DNA of 64,000 nucleotides, taken from the human T2T-CHM13v2.0 reference genome, Homo sapiens. Below the pieces are notes generated by a model. It worked only from the letters and a program-made list of their open reading frames with translations. It was not told the origin of the DNA and did no database searches. Where the stretch lies: the NCBI RefSeq assembly GCF_009914755.1, contig NC_060932.1, one strand, 5' to 3'. The translations under genes and the position numbers were made by a program. Shown piece after piece: positions 43,830-58,500 of this stretch (position 1 is the stretch's first letter; the number at the start of each line of letters is the position of its first letter).

Positions 43830-44060
43830 GGGATTCATTCACTCATGCATTCACTCACTCACCCACTCATTCATTTCCCATTGACTGAGCACCTTCTCTG
43901 TGCCAGGAATACTACAGGCATGAGTACTCAGCATGGAACAAAGTAGAGAAGAATTCTATCCTAAGCAGCTTACATGCTGTAAGAGAAAAACGGACAATAA
44001 GTAAGTCAAATACAGTGTTGAATGATGAAATATTATGGAAAAACCAAAGCAGGCAATGGA
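43830..44060 (-). mobile_element. L2 3' end fragment
   Basis: cattcattcactca...ttgactgagcaccttctctgtgccagg. Confidence 0.6.
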
Positions 44061-44119
44061 CGGGCAGAGAGAGCAGAGACAGAGAAAGGAGAGAGACCAC
44101 AGACCCTGGGAAGTTAAGG

Positions 44120-44820
44120 CGAGCTGGGAGTCAAGAGACTTGGCGACGCAGAGAGAGGCCAGGACCTCCTGGGAGAGGACGGACGCCAGAAAGCGGCCGG
44201 GCCTGGGTGGGAGGAGAGAGAACCCGACCGGGACGAGGTCAACCCAGAGTCCAGGGCTCCTCTTGCCCAGCTCCCGGGGAGGACAGTGGTTATGGTAGGG
44301 ACACCCGCGGCTGGAGCGCCGCCAGGCCCAAGACCTCAACGCGCACATCAGGGGACTGGTGGGTCCCCCAGAGATCTGGCATTCCCTGAGCCAGCTCGGC
44401 CCGTTTCCGCAAAGGCCGCTCCCTCCTCCGCCCCGTGGTGGCCGGAACGCCCCACCGGCCCGGCACCCTTGCCCTCGCCCCGAGGTGACCCGGAGTTGGA
44501 GAAGACGCCCAGGCAGGCGCCGCGACCTGGCGCGGCGAGCAGAGACAGGAAAGTGTCAAGGAAGCGCGAAGCCCAAGTGCGAAAACAGCCTCTGGTCCGC
44601 AGGCGCGAAGACCCGGGGTCCTCTGAAAGGGGGGCTGTGCTGGGGCCGGAGGCCCGGCCGTCCGGCCATCCTCGGCGCAGGCGAGGACCCCTTCAGACAG
44701 ACCAGGCTTCCCTGGCGGTGGAGGGGAAAGTGGCCTCCACGACCACCTCTCCCTCCCCAACTGCAGCAGGTGCCCACCGAGAGCGCTGCTCCCCTCCGAA
44801 CACCGCTTCCCCAGCTGGGA
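44120..44820. promoter_or_regulatory. Upstream CpG island
   Basis: High GC/CpG density. Confidence 0.8.
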
Positions 44821-45699
44821 GGTTCCTATTGTTAGAAATCATCGGTTTCTTGTAACAACAGTCTCAAGAAAGGGGAGGCACGGAGCTTGGAATAGCTAGA
44901 TAGTCCTTGTTCTGTCAAAGGGTGTTCACTGTGTTCTGAACGGAATGGATTTTAAAGAAGAACCTCCCACTCCATTTCTTTGCGGCTGGTTTCCACTCAT
45001 CCCCCTCGTTAGTCCTGTGCGTGTGTTTGACAGAAGGACAGGGGCTCTCCGGTTAGAGTGGGACTTCTGGTGCTGCCCCCTGTTCTGCAGCAGAGGTGCT
45101 AATGAACAGCAAGTTGCCAAAGGGCAAGGAAGTGAAGAGAGAAAATCCAAGGTGCAAAGGGGCGCAGTGAAATGGAGCCCTCCGCACCTAGGTGGAGGGC
45201 ACTGGCAGGATGTCACTCAGGAAGGTGCAGAGCTATCCCGACCTCATCGCCTCCTCCCTCCCCTATTTCACACCATCTCCCCGGGGGGCCTCCGCCAGTG
45301 AGGGGCAAAGTCCACCCCTCCCCCAGGAAGTCTCTGCAGATGCCCAGTTCCAGGGGCCCACACTCTCCCTGAGCAGATGGGTAGGCTCAGGGGCTGGTGG
45401 GCTCAGAACAGGTAGAGTAAATGAAAGACTTACTTGCCACCTCAGTTTCTCAATCACCCTGTGAGCACTCTGTCTTTGCTGCACCTCTGAAGCTCTGAAT
45501 TCATATCTTTCTTTCCACACGTCCAATGCAGATGCACACACCCCTCCATACACCACTTTTTGTCAGGGATTGTGACGTCCTCACCCCAGTCTTTGAACAT
45601 GCCCCAGCAGATATACTATTTGCAATGAGCTTCAGGACAAGAAGAGCTAAATATAAGTTGTGTTTTAAACTTTAAACTCTAAAGTAGTATTGTTGTTAT

Positions 45700-46165
45700 T
45701 TTCAAAACCTACAGCTTTATTCATAATTGCCCCAAACGGGAAACCACTCAAATGATCCTTAAGCAGGGGAATAGGTAAACTGAGGTACATCCATACAATG
45801 GAATACTACTCAGTAACAAACAGGAATGAACAACAAACACCCAGCAACACTAATGAATCTCGAATGCATTCAGCTAAGTAAAAGAATATTCAAAAGATGA
45901 TAGACAAAATCCATTTTCTATGACATTCTGAAGAAGACAGAACAATAGGGGCTGAAAACAGATCAGAGGTTGCCAGGGGCTGAGGAGGGGGAAGAGTTGA
46001 CTGTAGAGGGGGAGGAAGAAATTTGGAGGGGCGCTGGGACTATTCTCATATCTTGTGATGGTGGTCACACAATTTGTGTGTATGTCAAGACTCTGAAAAC
46101 TGTACACTAAAAGGAGTGAATTTACTGTATATAAGTTGCACTTCAATAAATCTGGCTTTGAAAAA
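45700..46165 (+). mobile_element. Old L1 (L1ME/MC) 3' end
   Basis: cagctttattcataattgcccc...gtacatccatacaatggaatactactcag...gaatttactgtatataagttgcacttcaataaa. Confidence 0.75.
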
Positions 46166-46840
46166 AGCAGAAGGAAAAAGAGCACAGGTGGAGCAGGATA
46201 AGACTCTTCAGCTCCCATTCTCTCCAGCCCCATCCTGTCTTTAGTGCGAGTCCACATCCCTGGTACACGTTTGACTCCCATCTAAAATATGTTAGAAAAG
46301 TGATTTCTATACAAAAGAAAGCCTTGCATTTCTTTTTAAAGGATCATTTTTCAAGGTTGGTCCTCCCTATTGCTCATCCTCAGTCCACAGGAATGGCCAC
46401 AGTGGTCCATCCTGGGTACAGCTCCAGTGCCTATCTTGAGCATGTATGGCACAAACATACGAGCGCCGGTGCACTCATGTTTTTGGGCAGGCTGCAGGAA
46501 GGGTGACGTCAGAGTGAGGGTTATCCTCCTCTCACATCCTGAAGGTCTTGAAGCCAAACAGCAGAAGCTCAGGGATTGCTAAGTCCCTTTCAACAACCTG
46601 ATGGCTGCCTGGGAGAGGGTGATGGGAAGCGGAGAGAACCAGTCAGTCCTTGGAAACTGAGTTTGGTCCAGGTGTTCCCCTGAGGCAAGGGTAAGCCAAG
46701 GACTGGCCTTGAAAGAGAAACGCTTTGGCCCCTTGAGCGTAGGACTGTATTTCTGAATGGACTAAGGGAAAAGCAGTCAGTGAAACATGGCCTTTTCTGT
46801 ACAAGATGATATCGTTCTGCAGAACCCATTACTCTGGCTC

Positions 46841-47246
<406 letters not shown>

Positions 47247-48672
47247 TGAAAGTGCTCTGTGCCAGATAAAACCACACTCTGGACTTGTATATACAGCAAT
47301 TATAGTCTAGTGGACATCACACAAGAGCCCAAAGCCACTGACTGCCTGGGCCACAGGATGTCTTTGCTACCCTTGCTCTTCAATAAAAGTGAGGTGTGTG
47401 TGTGAGTGAGAGAGAGACAGAGAGAGAGAGAGGAGAGAGATTGTTTCTACCTCTTCCCAGAGTTCTTGATAATATGATTGTTTCTAACTCCAGTCATACC
47501 TCTGTGATCATGGAAGAAAAATGGATGTTAAGACTGGCAGACACCCACTGGTCACTGATTTTAATTTCGTCATTTGAATTTGAATTTAAAATCCAACACC
47601 ACCAACACTAAGAAAACAACACCATGAACAAAAACAAAACAATCCCCCACAAAATATTGTGTTTCCTCTTAGGAACAAAGCAGACAGTTTGGCTTCCATG
47701 ATCTTCTCTGTCCCTCACCCTGGGAGAGCTTGCTAATTAAGCAGCAGAGGAACCAAAAGGTGGCAAGGGAAAGAAGTGATGAGGATGCAGTCCACGGCTC
47801 GGAGAGCTGGTGGCAGCGCAATGTTCTGGGGGAAGAAAAGAAAGGATCCCTGAGGGCCACGCCAGCTCTGACCTTACAGAGGAAGGCCTTGAGTGAAACA
47901 GGCAACGGTTCAATGGGGCAATGCTGGGAGCCTCAGTCTCCCTCTTATGAAATGAGATTGGACACCTGATCTGTGAGTTCTTTCAGCCTACAAGCCCTCT
48001 GATCCAGAATTATTCGAATTCCCTCATAAGAGCTACAATTCACAAAGCAAACATTTATTGAATGTTTACTATGTGCCAGGCATCATGCAAACTTGTAGAT
48101 ACAAGGATGAACACAAGTTTCTACCCGCAAACCGGAGAACAAAAGCGTCCTGCAGACAGGAGCAGGAGTGAGCGCTGGCAGACACGAGCAGGAAGGGGGA
48201 CCCACGGCACCTCCTTGGGGAAAAGGGCAGGTGGGAGACGACCTAAATGAATTCAAGGAACACATTGCTTTTAATGTAGAGGTGTTCCCCCCTCTCTTTT
48301 ACCTAGTACTCTTTCTGGACCTCAACACACACACACATGCACACACATGCACACACACGCACACACAGGCTGTGGCCTGAGTTGGGGGACAGAATGCCTG
48401 CGGACTCTGTGCTGTTCATGCACTGACACCCACACCCATAACCTATGACTTGGCCCTTTTCACACATTCGATGCCAAACACTCATATCGATCCTGGACCT
48501 GCGGAGTGCCCATTTGGAGGGCACAAGGGCTGGGAGTGGGGGTAGGGCAAGAGATGCAGGCCCCAGTATAGTTTCCATCACCTCCTCCTGGTGTGGCCTC
48601 AGGCACGCCAGCCGCCCACTCTGGCCCTCGGTCTCCTCATCTGTGAAATGCACCGGTTGTGCTGAATCAATC

Positions 48673-48676
<4 letters not shown>

Positions 48677-48744
<68 letters not shown>
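48677..48744. repeat. Compound microsatellite (TC)n(TG)n
   Basis: Direct reading. Confidence 0.95.
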
Positions 48745-48747
<3 letters not shown>

Positions 48748-48764
48748 TGCTGAATCAATCCTCT

Positions 48765-49083
48765 TTTTTTCTCTCTCTCTCTCTCTCTTCTTTCTCCCTT
48801 TCTCTCTTTCTCCACAGGGTCTCACTCTGTCACCAGGCTGGACTGCAGTGGTGCGATCTCAGCTCACTGCAGCCTCTACCTCCCCAGGCTCACATCTTCC
48901 CACCTCAGCCTCCCCAGCAGGACCACAGGCGCGCGCCACGACGCCTGGCTAATTTTATTTTTTCGTAGAGATGGAGTTTCGCCATGGTGCCCAGGCTGGT
49001 CTCTAACTGCTGGGCTCAAGCGATCCTGCCGCCTCTGCCTCACTAAGTGCTGGGATTACAAATATGCGCCACCGCGCCCAGCT
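48765..49083 (-). mobile_element. Alu (AluJ-like) with a CT-rich tail
   Basis: Reverse dimer. Confidence 0.85.
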
Positions 49084-49189
49084 TGCCGAATCATTTCTAA
49101 GCTTCCTTACAGCTCTTTAGGAACAAATGAACACCACATCGTTAACAGACACTGGGATTAAGAAGTGGAATAAAGCCATGTATTTGTTG

Positions 49190-49740
49190 CCGGGTAGAAA
49201 AACGCTGCCGGCCCACTCCACGCAGAGGCCCCGCAGGCGCTGGCAGAAGCCTCGGTGCGCGGCCGGGGGTGCAGCCCGGGTGATGGATGGCCGCGGGGCC
49301 GGCGCCTGGCAGGCCTTATTGATGAGGTGCGCGCTGACGGCCGCCGCGGAACCCCAGGCGGCTGGAGGCGAGCGCGGGGCGGCGGGCGGCGCAGACTCGG
49401 CGGCGCTCGGGGTCAGCCCCCGGCCGGCCGCCCCCGCCTCTGCCCGGCCTGGCGCCCGCTGCGCCGGCCCCGCTTCCTCCCCTCGGCAGCCTCGCTTCCC
49501 GCCCCCCGTCCGTCCGCGCCCTCGCGTGGGTCCCGGCGCCTGCTCTCCCTCCCAGCCTCCCGACGGAGCAGCCCCGCACCCCTCACCCCCGCACCCCCGC
49601 ACGCACCCGCGGTGGAGGTCGGCTGAGGCGCAGAGGCCGCGGGTCCCCAGAAGCCGGTTCCCGCCCCAGCGCGGGGGCCACGCCCTCCCAGGCGGAGCCG
49701 CCGCGGCCCGAAGGATCAGATTCAATCTAGATCCGCATGA
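49190..49740. promoter_or_regulatory. Isolated upstream CpG island
   Basis: Extremely GC/CpG-rich block in otherwise CpG-poor sequence. Confidence 0.85.
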
Positions 49741-50748
49741 GCATAGTTTCACGGGAATTACTCACGCTGTGCACGGGAGGAGAAAATTCAGGACACCGGT
49801 CAATATTCTATTAGGGTTCATTCGAATTATATAGTGATAGATAAGATAGGTAGAGAAATCAACGTAAATACACCTGCGTATAAAGACGGCGAGGTCTTGC
49901 GTGAAATTTTTTGTACGTTTCTAATGTTCTCATGGAGCAAGTGTTCTTTTATAACAGCACACACTGTCATTGCTGTGCTTGAAAAGGTGTGATGGAGCTT
50001 AGTTCATTCTCCACCCCTGCGCTCAGTTTCCCCCAGTTCCACCTTCCTCCCTCTGGTTGTTGCCTCGTTTTTCTTCTCTTGCCTTTGGGGAAGTAGGAGT
50101 GAGGCTGCTGGGCTGTTACCTGAGGCCATTAGGCTGGAGAACAGGTGGCCCGAGCTCCTGCCTGCCTCACCTGTCACCTTCCCTTTCTACGGAAAGCACC
50201 CACGGCCACCTCTGTTGGTGACACTAAGGTGAGGATCATGAACAGATCCCCTGCGAAGCAGTCTCCCTGAATGAGAATTAAAGGAGAAAGTCAACATTGT
50301 AAGCAACATGGAGCATTTATGGTCTGAAGTGGTTTTTGATTTTTTTTTTTTCTTCCCTCTTTGAGTTGAGAGCTAGCCCTGGACTGGGAAAGGTCCTAAA
50401 TTCTTCCTTAGATGTGCCGTAAGTACTGGGAAACAGGTAGTCTTTTGTTTGGGGCGCCATAGAAAGAGGAGGGAGGGACCCCAGGTTGCTGTGGCCTGAG
50501 TGTCAGTGTAGAGCGAAGCTTAGGCCTCGAGGATCTGGATCTAGTTGAGGCTGGAGGGAGCTCCTTGGTCTGGGAGTCAGGATTCCCGGATTCTAATCCC
50601 ACGACTGCCACCAGAGGACTGCCATGCCCACAGGCGAGTCACTTAACTTTCTAAGCCTTAGTTTTCTGTCCATAAAATGAAGAGACTACTAAACTGTCTC
50701 CCAGGTTCCTTCCTATCCCAACATTTTGTGACTTTAAGCTCTCGAAAT

Positions 50749-50949
<201 letters not shown>

Positions 50950-51377
50950 TAGGGTGGGAACACCAGGATCCTAAGTCTGAACTCAATCTTAGCCATTCAT
51001 AATGAATATGTTCAGTGAGGAACTAAAAATGGGAGGCCCATCTGAATATGCAAAATAAAAGGCTTGGATTGCAGATGAAAACTGGGATCCATTTACTAGG
51101 CAAACATTTACTGAGTAACACTGGACATTGCTATATGCCAGGCACAGCGCCAAGTATGCTGCGTGGATTGATTATCCACACAATCATTTATCCACACAGT
51201 CACTCTATTTCCTCCATTTTATAGATGAAGAAACCAAGGCACAAACTATTAAGTAACTTGCCCCGCTTATAAGGTGGTGGAGCCAAGACTTAAATTCAAG
51301 TAGGTTGACTGCAGAACTCAAAAACTGCTCCTCTGGGCAAGGCATTGGTATTGTGCAGGGTATCTTCTTACATAACC

Positions 51378-51694
51378 TTTTTTGTTTGAAGAGAGACAGA
51401 CAGGGTGTTTCTCTTTCACCCAGGTTGGAGTGCAGTAGTGCAATCATAGTTCACTAGAGCCTCCAATTCCTGGGCTCAAGCGATCCTCCCACCTCGGCCT
51501 CCGGAGTAGCGAGGAGTACAGGTGCGCACCACCAGATCTGGCTATTTTGTTTGTTTGTTTGTAAAGACGGGGTCTCACTATGTTGACCAGGCTGTTCTGG
51601 AATTCCTGGCTGGAGTGACCCTCTCACTGCCCTCTTGCTTAACCTCCAGAAGTGCTGGGATTACAGCCCTGAGCCAGAGCCACCACACCAGGCC
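51378..51694 (-). mobile_element. Alu (AluJ-like, diverged)
   Basis: Reverse dimer. Confidence 0.85.
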
Positions 51695-53712
51695 AGCTTT
51701 TTTTTGTTTTTTTAATTTCCATCCTTATTCCAGAATCAGTCTCTTTCCCCTTCTGTTTCTACAGCCTTTATCACACTGTATTTTAGTTTAACCTGTCTAT
51801 ACATATGCCTCTCTATATACCTCTCTCTCCAAAATTTTAGTCTCCTTGAAGGCAGAAATCTTATATTTGACATCTTTGTATTTTCCAGTTTCTAACATAT
51901 AGTAGACATTTTTTAAAAAAGTTTGCTGAATTGAATTTTAAAAAGTGGAGTTTCCACTTTGTCCTATTACAGTGTAAATCCCCATGCTTGATGACTGAAG
52001 ATGTGGTATCAGGGCTGTGGCTGAGACACGGGCGCCATGGTCTCTTCCACTGTGTGCAAACACAGAGGCTCATGTGCGGAAGATGCCACGTGGCACCTCT
52101 TCACACCTTCATCCTCCATTGGTGGGTGATTATGGCACCAGGTACCTTTGGCCCGCTTATCAGTCCTGAGACAGCCTCTCTCTGACACTGATGTGGAGCC
52201 CTGGTATTGCAAGGGACTTCAAGGATTCTGGTCCAATCCACTCATTTTGCAGAAGAGGCAAGTAGTATCCAGACAGGGCTATAGAGCCACACACCTATTT
52301 ACCAGCACAGCCAGGACAAGGTTCCCTGGCACCCTGGTTATATTCTGTTATCCATTTCAACATGCTACTATAGGAATTGATACCTCCCCTCTATACATTG
52401 ACTCCTAAGGCCAAACTTCCCTCGCCCTGATGTAATCAGTAGGGTGAGAGGATCAGAGATAAGGCAGCCCTGGGCTCTCGGGCAGAGCCTAGAAGTCTGG
52501 CAGCCTGGTTAGAGCTGCTGCCCACACCCCTTGCAGGGCACTGGAAACAGTGACCCTGGCCCAGCCAAGGGTGGGGGTGGGTGAGGGCTTGAGGATGAGG
52601 TAAAGGGAGGTCATAGACATTCAAAGCCGCAGTCATTCCATGCACTACTTAGAGTGGGGATAAACCAAGCCAAAATGGGCACCAGGCACATATTGCACCT
52701 CTAGGCTGAATATCTTCCTAATGGTCTTGTGGACTCAGCCTTCAAAATAAACAAAAGAAGGTAGCCAAGTGTGTGTGGGGCATAATGGGTGGGTCCTTGT
52801 TCTGATTCTCATTGTTTATTGGGGGTGATCCAATGTCCTGGATGCCTGAAACAGGTCAGGTGCATGCTGCTGTTCTGGGTAATCATCAGTGATATACACA
52901 TTCACTTATAATTTTGCATAAATTATGTGGTCACTCTATGTATAAGTCATTTGAATTTGCTGAGCCTCAGTTTCCCAATATCCCAAGTAAAGGATTTTGA
53001 GTGAATGTCTTCCCATTTCTTTTTACACTGGAAAATGCTTCAGTTTCACAGATGCAGGGCCCAGAAATAAGTGGTTACTGGCCTGAAGAAACAGGCCCCA
53101 TCCCTGGGGAGGGACAGTGAATTGACCCATGGGAGGTTCCAGAAGTCGTCTTGCAGCTTCTTGTCTGGGCAGCTAAGAGCAAAGTCGCTTATTGGATTTG
53201 CCGCTGCTTTGTTATTTATATTGAACTTTGGGTCTCAGGTCCACCACTGGAAGACTGGGAGTGATAAAAATATAAGGTAAACCGACCTTTCTGAATAACA
53301 CATGAGAATTCATTAGTGCTCACCTCCCAAATAAATCATCTGTTGATTTTATTCATTTTCTGCAGACATTACAAATATTATAACTGCTATTGCCCCCATT
53401 GTTCCCTCACCCATCTCTCCACCAGTTTGTGCTTCAGGGGATTTGGGGATTAGGTTCTTAATTGGGGCCATCAATTCTTTGTCTTATTTTCTGCCTATGA
53501 ATTTTCCTAACACTATTCTCATGAGAAAGATATGTCACTGGGGAGAAGGTTGAGGCAAGGCCACCTCCTCAATGTGTTCCTAGTTGTGGCTCCCCTAGTC
53601 ACACCAGGCAATCTTTCCATTCCCTCCTGTCCCCATGCACACACTCCCCTGACACCCACTGACTCTGGGCATCATATAACGTCCCCACACAAAGATTTAT
53701 AGGGTTGAGATT

Positions 53713-53715
<3 letters not shown>

Positions 53716-53744
<29 letters not shown>

Positions 53745-53775
53745 CATGCGCGCACGCGCATGCATGCATGTGTGC
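53716..53775. repeat. (TG)n plus alternating purine-pyrimidine tract
   Basis: 60 bp of unbroken RY alternation. Confidence 0.9.
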
Positions 53776-55238
53776 TTTATTTTGTCACCTCAGTAGGTTT
53801 AAAAAGTTCTTGATGGCTGGAATATCCTTTAGTAATTCTATAATCCCCTACAGTGGTCTGCACAGAGTAGGTACACAGTACATACTCAAAAGAATGAATT
53901 AATGATTGAATATGTCTGAAGGTCAAATATAGAGCTCTGTATAAGAAATGTGCCTATTTCTGAAATGCAAAAAATGTTCCCAAGTATTATTCTTTTTCAT
54001 ATTTCAGGAGACCTCAGGCATAGACGCATTATAAATGTATAGCTTTGAAAATCAATTTGTTTTTCACTGTTTTGATCTCACGTGTGTGGGGGGCTCTTGA
54101 ACTGCTATTTGCTTCACTTTATAACTTGCACCTTGGAAAGGCTGGATGATAAATGAGAGATGAATAATTCCTTATTGCTACTTATCTGCTGAATCTATAA
54201 ACTGGTGTCAGCATTTACTCAGTTGGGTTTAAGCTGTGCCTGGTATACTTATTAACCTGCTTAAAATAAGCCATAAAAATGGGCTTGGTAGAAGGTACTT
54301 TTAACTAATTTTTAAAAATGACATTGGTCATTTTCCATGAACTCATGGAGTGACCTTTGGCAAATCACTCAACCTCATTGGGCAACACCTGCCAAATGAA
54401 ACGGGGGCAGGGCTTGATCAGTTCTAGGAGCCTTGTAGCTGTGTAATTTTTTGATTTTTGGATGAGTAAGGGATCCCAATAAAACCTGTCAGAGCCATTA
54501 CATATCAGCTCATGTAGACAATCTCCTGTATTCTTGGCTTTTCTCTGGAGGGTGAGGGAGGCAGCACTTGGTAGTTAGAGCAAGGCATTTTGAGTTCAAT
54601 TCTGTTACTTATTAGTACTGTGACCTTTGGCTTTACAACATCTCTGAATCTCAGTTTTCTCATCTATAAAAAGGGGGAAATGGTCTAATAATACACCAGA
54701 GAGTTGCTGTGAGGTTCAAATGTGATGTATGTGATACCACTTTGATAAACCACAACAATTATTCATTGCCCCCAACTCACAGATGAGGGCACAGAGCTCT
54801 GTTTGGTTCAGCAGTTTGAAGCAGGGCCAAGAGGAGGATTGCTTGACCTCCCGGATTCTATTTTGATTACAGGTGGAGATTATTACAAAACTGTACAAAG
54901 ATGGAGCACCTTGGATACTTCTCTGGATAATTCTCTGCGGGGGGAGGGTGGTCTATGGATGCCTAAAAAAAACTGTGCCTGAGGAGCCATTTCTGGGGAT
55001 GCTAAATGGTACAGCGATAAGAAAAGCAGTCAACAACATACTGACCCACCCATCCCAGAATGCCTAGCTAGCAGAGAATGAAGCGTTTTTCAAAGGCAAG
55101 GGAAATCTCTTCCCTCCCAGCTGTGTCCTCCTCACTTCTCACATCTCTTGCTTTGGAAGGCATCCTCTGCACATCAAGAACACAGATGTCTGCTCAGGCT
55201 TTGGAGTTAATCCCCTTCCTAGAAAAGGGGCAGATTAA

Positions 55239-55551
<313 letters not shown>

Positions 55552-58500
55552 TGAGGATTTTGTTTGTAGAGAATTAAGTCAACAAGGGTGTCTGGAACTC
55601 ACCCCTGCAAGAATCATCCTTCAGGAAAGTTCCTACCACTATGCCTGTGCAGTGTAGGGGGCTGGAAAATTACATGAAGATGGCTATGGTGCCTGTCTCG
55701 GCCTTGCTTGCCTTGTAGATGAAGAAGGGAAGAGATGAGCTTAGGAGGAGCTGCCTCCAGTCTTCAGAAAATTCTGTGATTTGCAAAAATTCTATTCACA
55801 CTCCATTATCAACAAACACACCCACCCAACCAACGAAGGCCAACCTCAAAAATTTTTTTTAAATGTAGGACTTAGAGAAAGAAAATACCATTATTAAATG
55901 GTATTTTAAGTTTATATTTCATGCTATACTCAGAATGCAATTTATTTGCTATTTATTTGCTAATTAATAAAAGTGAAATTGGTCTTTATCTCGATGTTAC
56001 TTTTATCTTCTGTTGACTGGGATGTGCTACATTAAGATTAAAAAAAAAAAAACAGACCCAGTACAAGATCTTTTGAAGGTCTCCTAAGTTTATGGTGGGA
56101 TCTCACTTCTACTTGCTTTTGTGACCACTCTCCCCCAGCTCCATCCCACACCCTTCTTGTAAAGCAGGAGGAAGGCATCTGCTACTTGTTTCTCTACAAG
56201 TGCAAACTATTTCAGTTTCAAAACCGGAACCTGACATTTATTAAGAGCTGTCTTGTGATTCATTCAGTCTGCAGTCCTGTCCTCCGCTTTGGCTCTCTTG
56301 CCTTCAAACGGCCTTCCTTTCTGAACACCTGGCTTCTTGGCCACCAACAAAGCTCTGACTTTCCTCCCCACCAAGTCTCCTCCTTTTCTCCCTCCCTGAG
56401 GTCTGAATAATCAGCTTCTATTTGCAGCATCCCCCATCACTACCCCACACCTGGCCTCACATCCCACCACATCCTCCTGCCAGAAAAGGGAGTCGTGGAA
56501 GAGGGAAAAGTTACAAGAACTTAGATGATTGTTTTCAATTTCAGAAACACTCAAGGTTGCAAGTGAAATTCTGAGAAAATTTGGACCTGAAAACATTTTC
56601 TAAATGGGGAGGGGAATCTCTTCCTTGTGGAAAAATCACTCCTACCAACTGTGAACATCTCTAGCCTGGAATCAGGAGTCCAGGGCTGTTCTTGGAGTTT
56701 TGAGTCCATTGAGTTTTGGGGACCCTAAAACTGAATTCTCTGGAACAAATGATTTGCTACGAAAGCGCACCAGTCATAAACGTCGTAGGAAGCCTGAAGA
56801 AGGCTGACATGTCTTGGATCTGGCCAATCTTCCTCACCTCTCTCAAAATATTTGTTTATTCTGCTTTCAAATAAACACGAGTTTGTCATAGTCCATTTGG
56901 AAATACAGAAAAGTATAACGGGGACAACCAAATCCATCCTTAGCCACATTAGGCAGAAAGAATTGGAAACATTAGTCTTCTCTCTTCTCTTTCTCGACTG
57001 TGGTAGAAGTGTTTCACAATCTACTTTTTCTTTCTTAAGAATCGAGACTTCCCATGTCATTGAATATCTTAAGAAAACATAATTTAATGATCGTGTAATG
57101 GATTTAGTATAGTTCATGTAAGTAAACTCTTATTGTTTAGAGTTTAGGTTATTTTCTGTTTTTCACCTCAATTCATAATGTTTGGTGCGTCCTTGTCAAA
57201 TTATAAACTTTGCTAAGTAAAGCATCTTGTGAATCTCTGATTATTTCCTGAGGGTAAATTTCTATTACCAGAAAAAGTGGGTCAAAGAATATGACCACTT
57301 TTTGGGTTTTGAATATCTATTGCCAAATTGCCTTTCGGAAAGGTTAACTCACACAATTTCCACAACCACCAGCAGCAGTCAATTTTGGCTAAGCTAAATA
57401 AAAAATATATTTATCAGTGTGTCAGATAAATTTCTACCTCTTAGTAGATGTATTTAATTTCTGAAGAGTTTTGAAGTAATAGGTTAAGAAACAAAACACA
57501 CAAAGCCAAACAAAAACAAGGAGAACATTAGCATCCAGCTGAACACATGATTATGTCAGGGATTAGGGCAGTCTTTCCGTCCTCTAAGGTTTATAAAGAT
57601 TTTAAAATATAAGAAACTGAAACACAGAAGCGTTAAGTAATTTGACCAAGAAAACACAGCCAGTGAGTGGAGGAGATGGAATTCAAATCACAACATTCTA
57701 ATACTGGAGTCTAAACTCTTACACTGACCTAGGGACGATGTACATTTAGGATCTAAACAAATCTAAAAGGTTTCCAGAACATTCTTTGTAATGAGTTTAT
57801 GGTTCAGAAATTGGCTTTTGTGAACACAGACTATAAGGAGAAATTTTATCTTTGAAAAAGATGTCATTTTCAACTTTTGAGAAGCACATTCCTGCACCTT
57901 ATTTTTAGACTATGCTAGAAATAGAAGTGAAATAACTTACTCAAGGTCACCCAGCTTGTAGGTGTTTGTGTGGGAACTAGAATCTAGAATCTAGGCTCTG
58001 GCAATTCTTTGGCTACTCCCTGTAGTGTTTTCTCTCACCTGGCAGCAAATATCCACCATAACATCAGAGGAAGGTTGGCTTGACTAAGGCCCACAGCGTC
58101 TTCAGGTTTCAGGGGCTTTAGTTTCTAGCAGCTCAGGGATCTCCATCACCAGGGCAAGGCTGAAGGGAGCCATGGCACAGCCCAGGTCGTGGCCAGCCAG
58201 TTATGGCTGAGGACATGGGTTGCCCTGGGCAGGGGAACTCTTACTTTTGGGGCATAAACCCGGAGACTTGGGAGTCACAGTAGCATTAAGGGCTCAGCAG
58301 TCCAAGTTTAGGTGTGGGCAGGCTAAGACCATTTTCTCCCAGGGAAATTCTTTCCCGTTCACAGAGCCAGTTTCAAATGGGAAGCCCACCCGGGAGCTGT
58401 AGTTTCCTGAGCTGGCAGAGAGTACAGGTAGGGGCCTGGCCCAGGCATTGTGGGGAGGGATTCCTGCACTGAATGGAAGGCTGGCTAGATAACCTCTGGG

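Noticed and set aside
49117-49834. Overlapping 235/211-aa ORFs on both strands
   Set aside because: CpG-island artefact with low-complexity Ala/Pro/Arg/Gly content.
52569-52587. Canonical G4 motifs here and at 48527-48547
   Set aside because: Common in the genome, with no supporting context.
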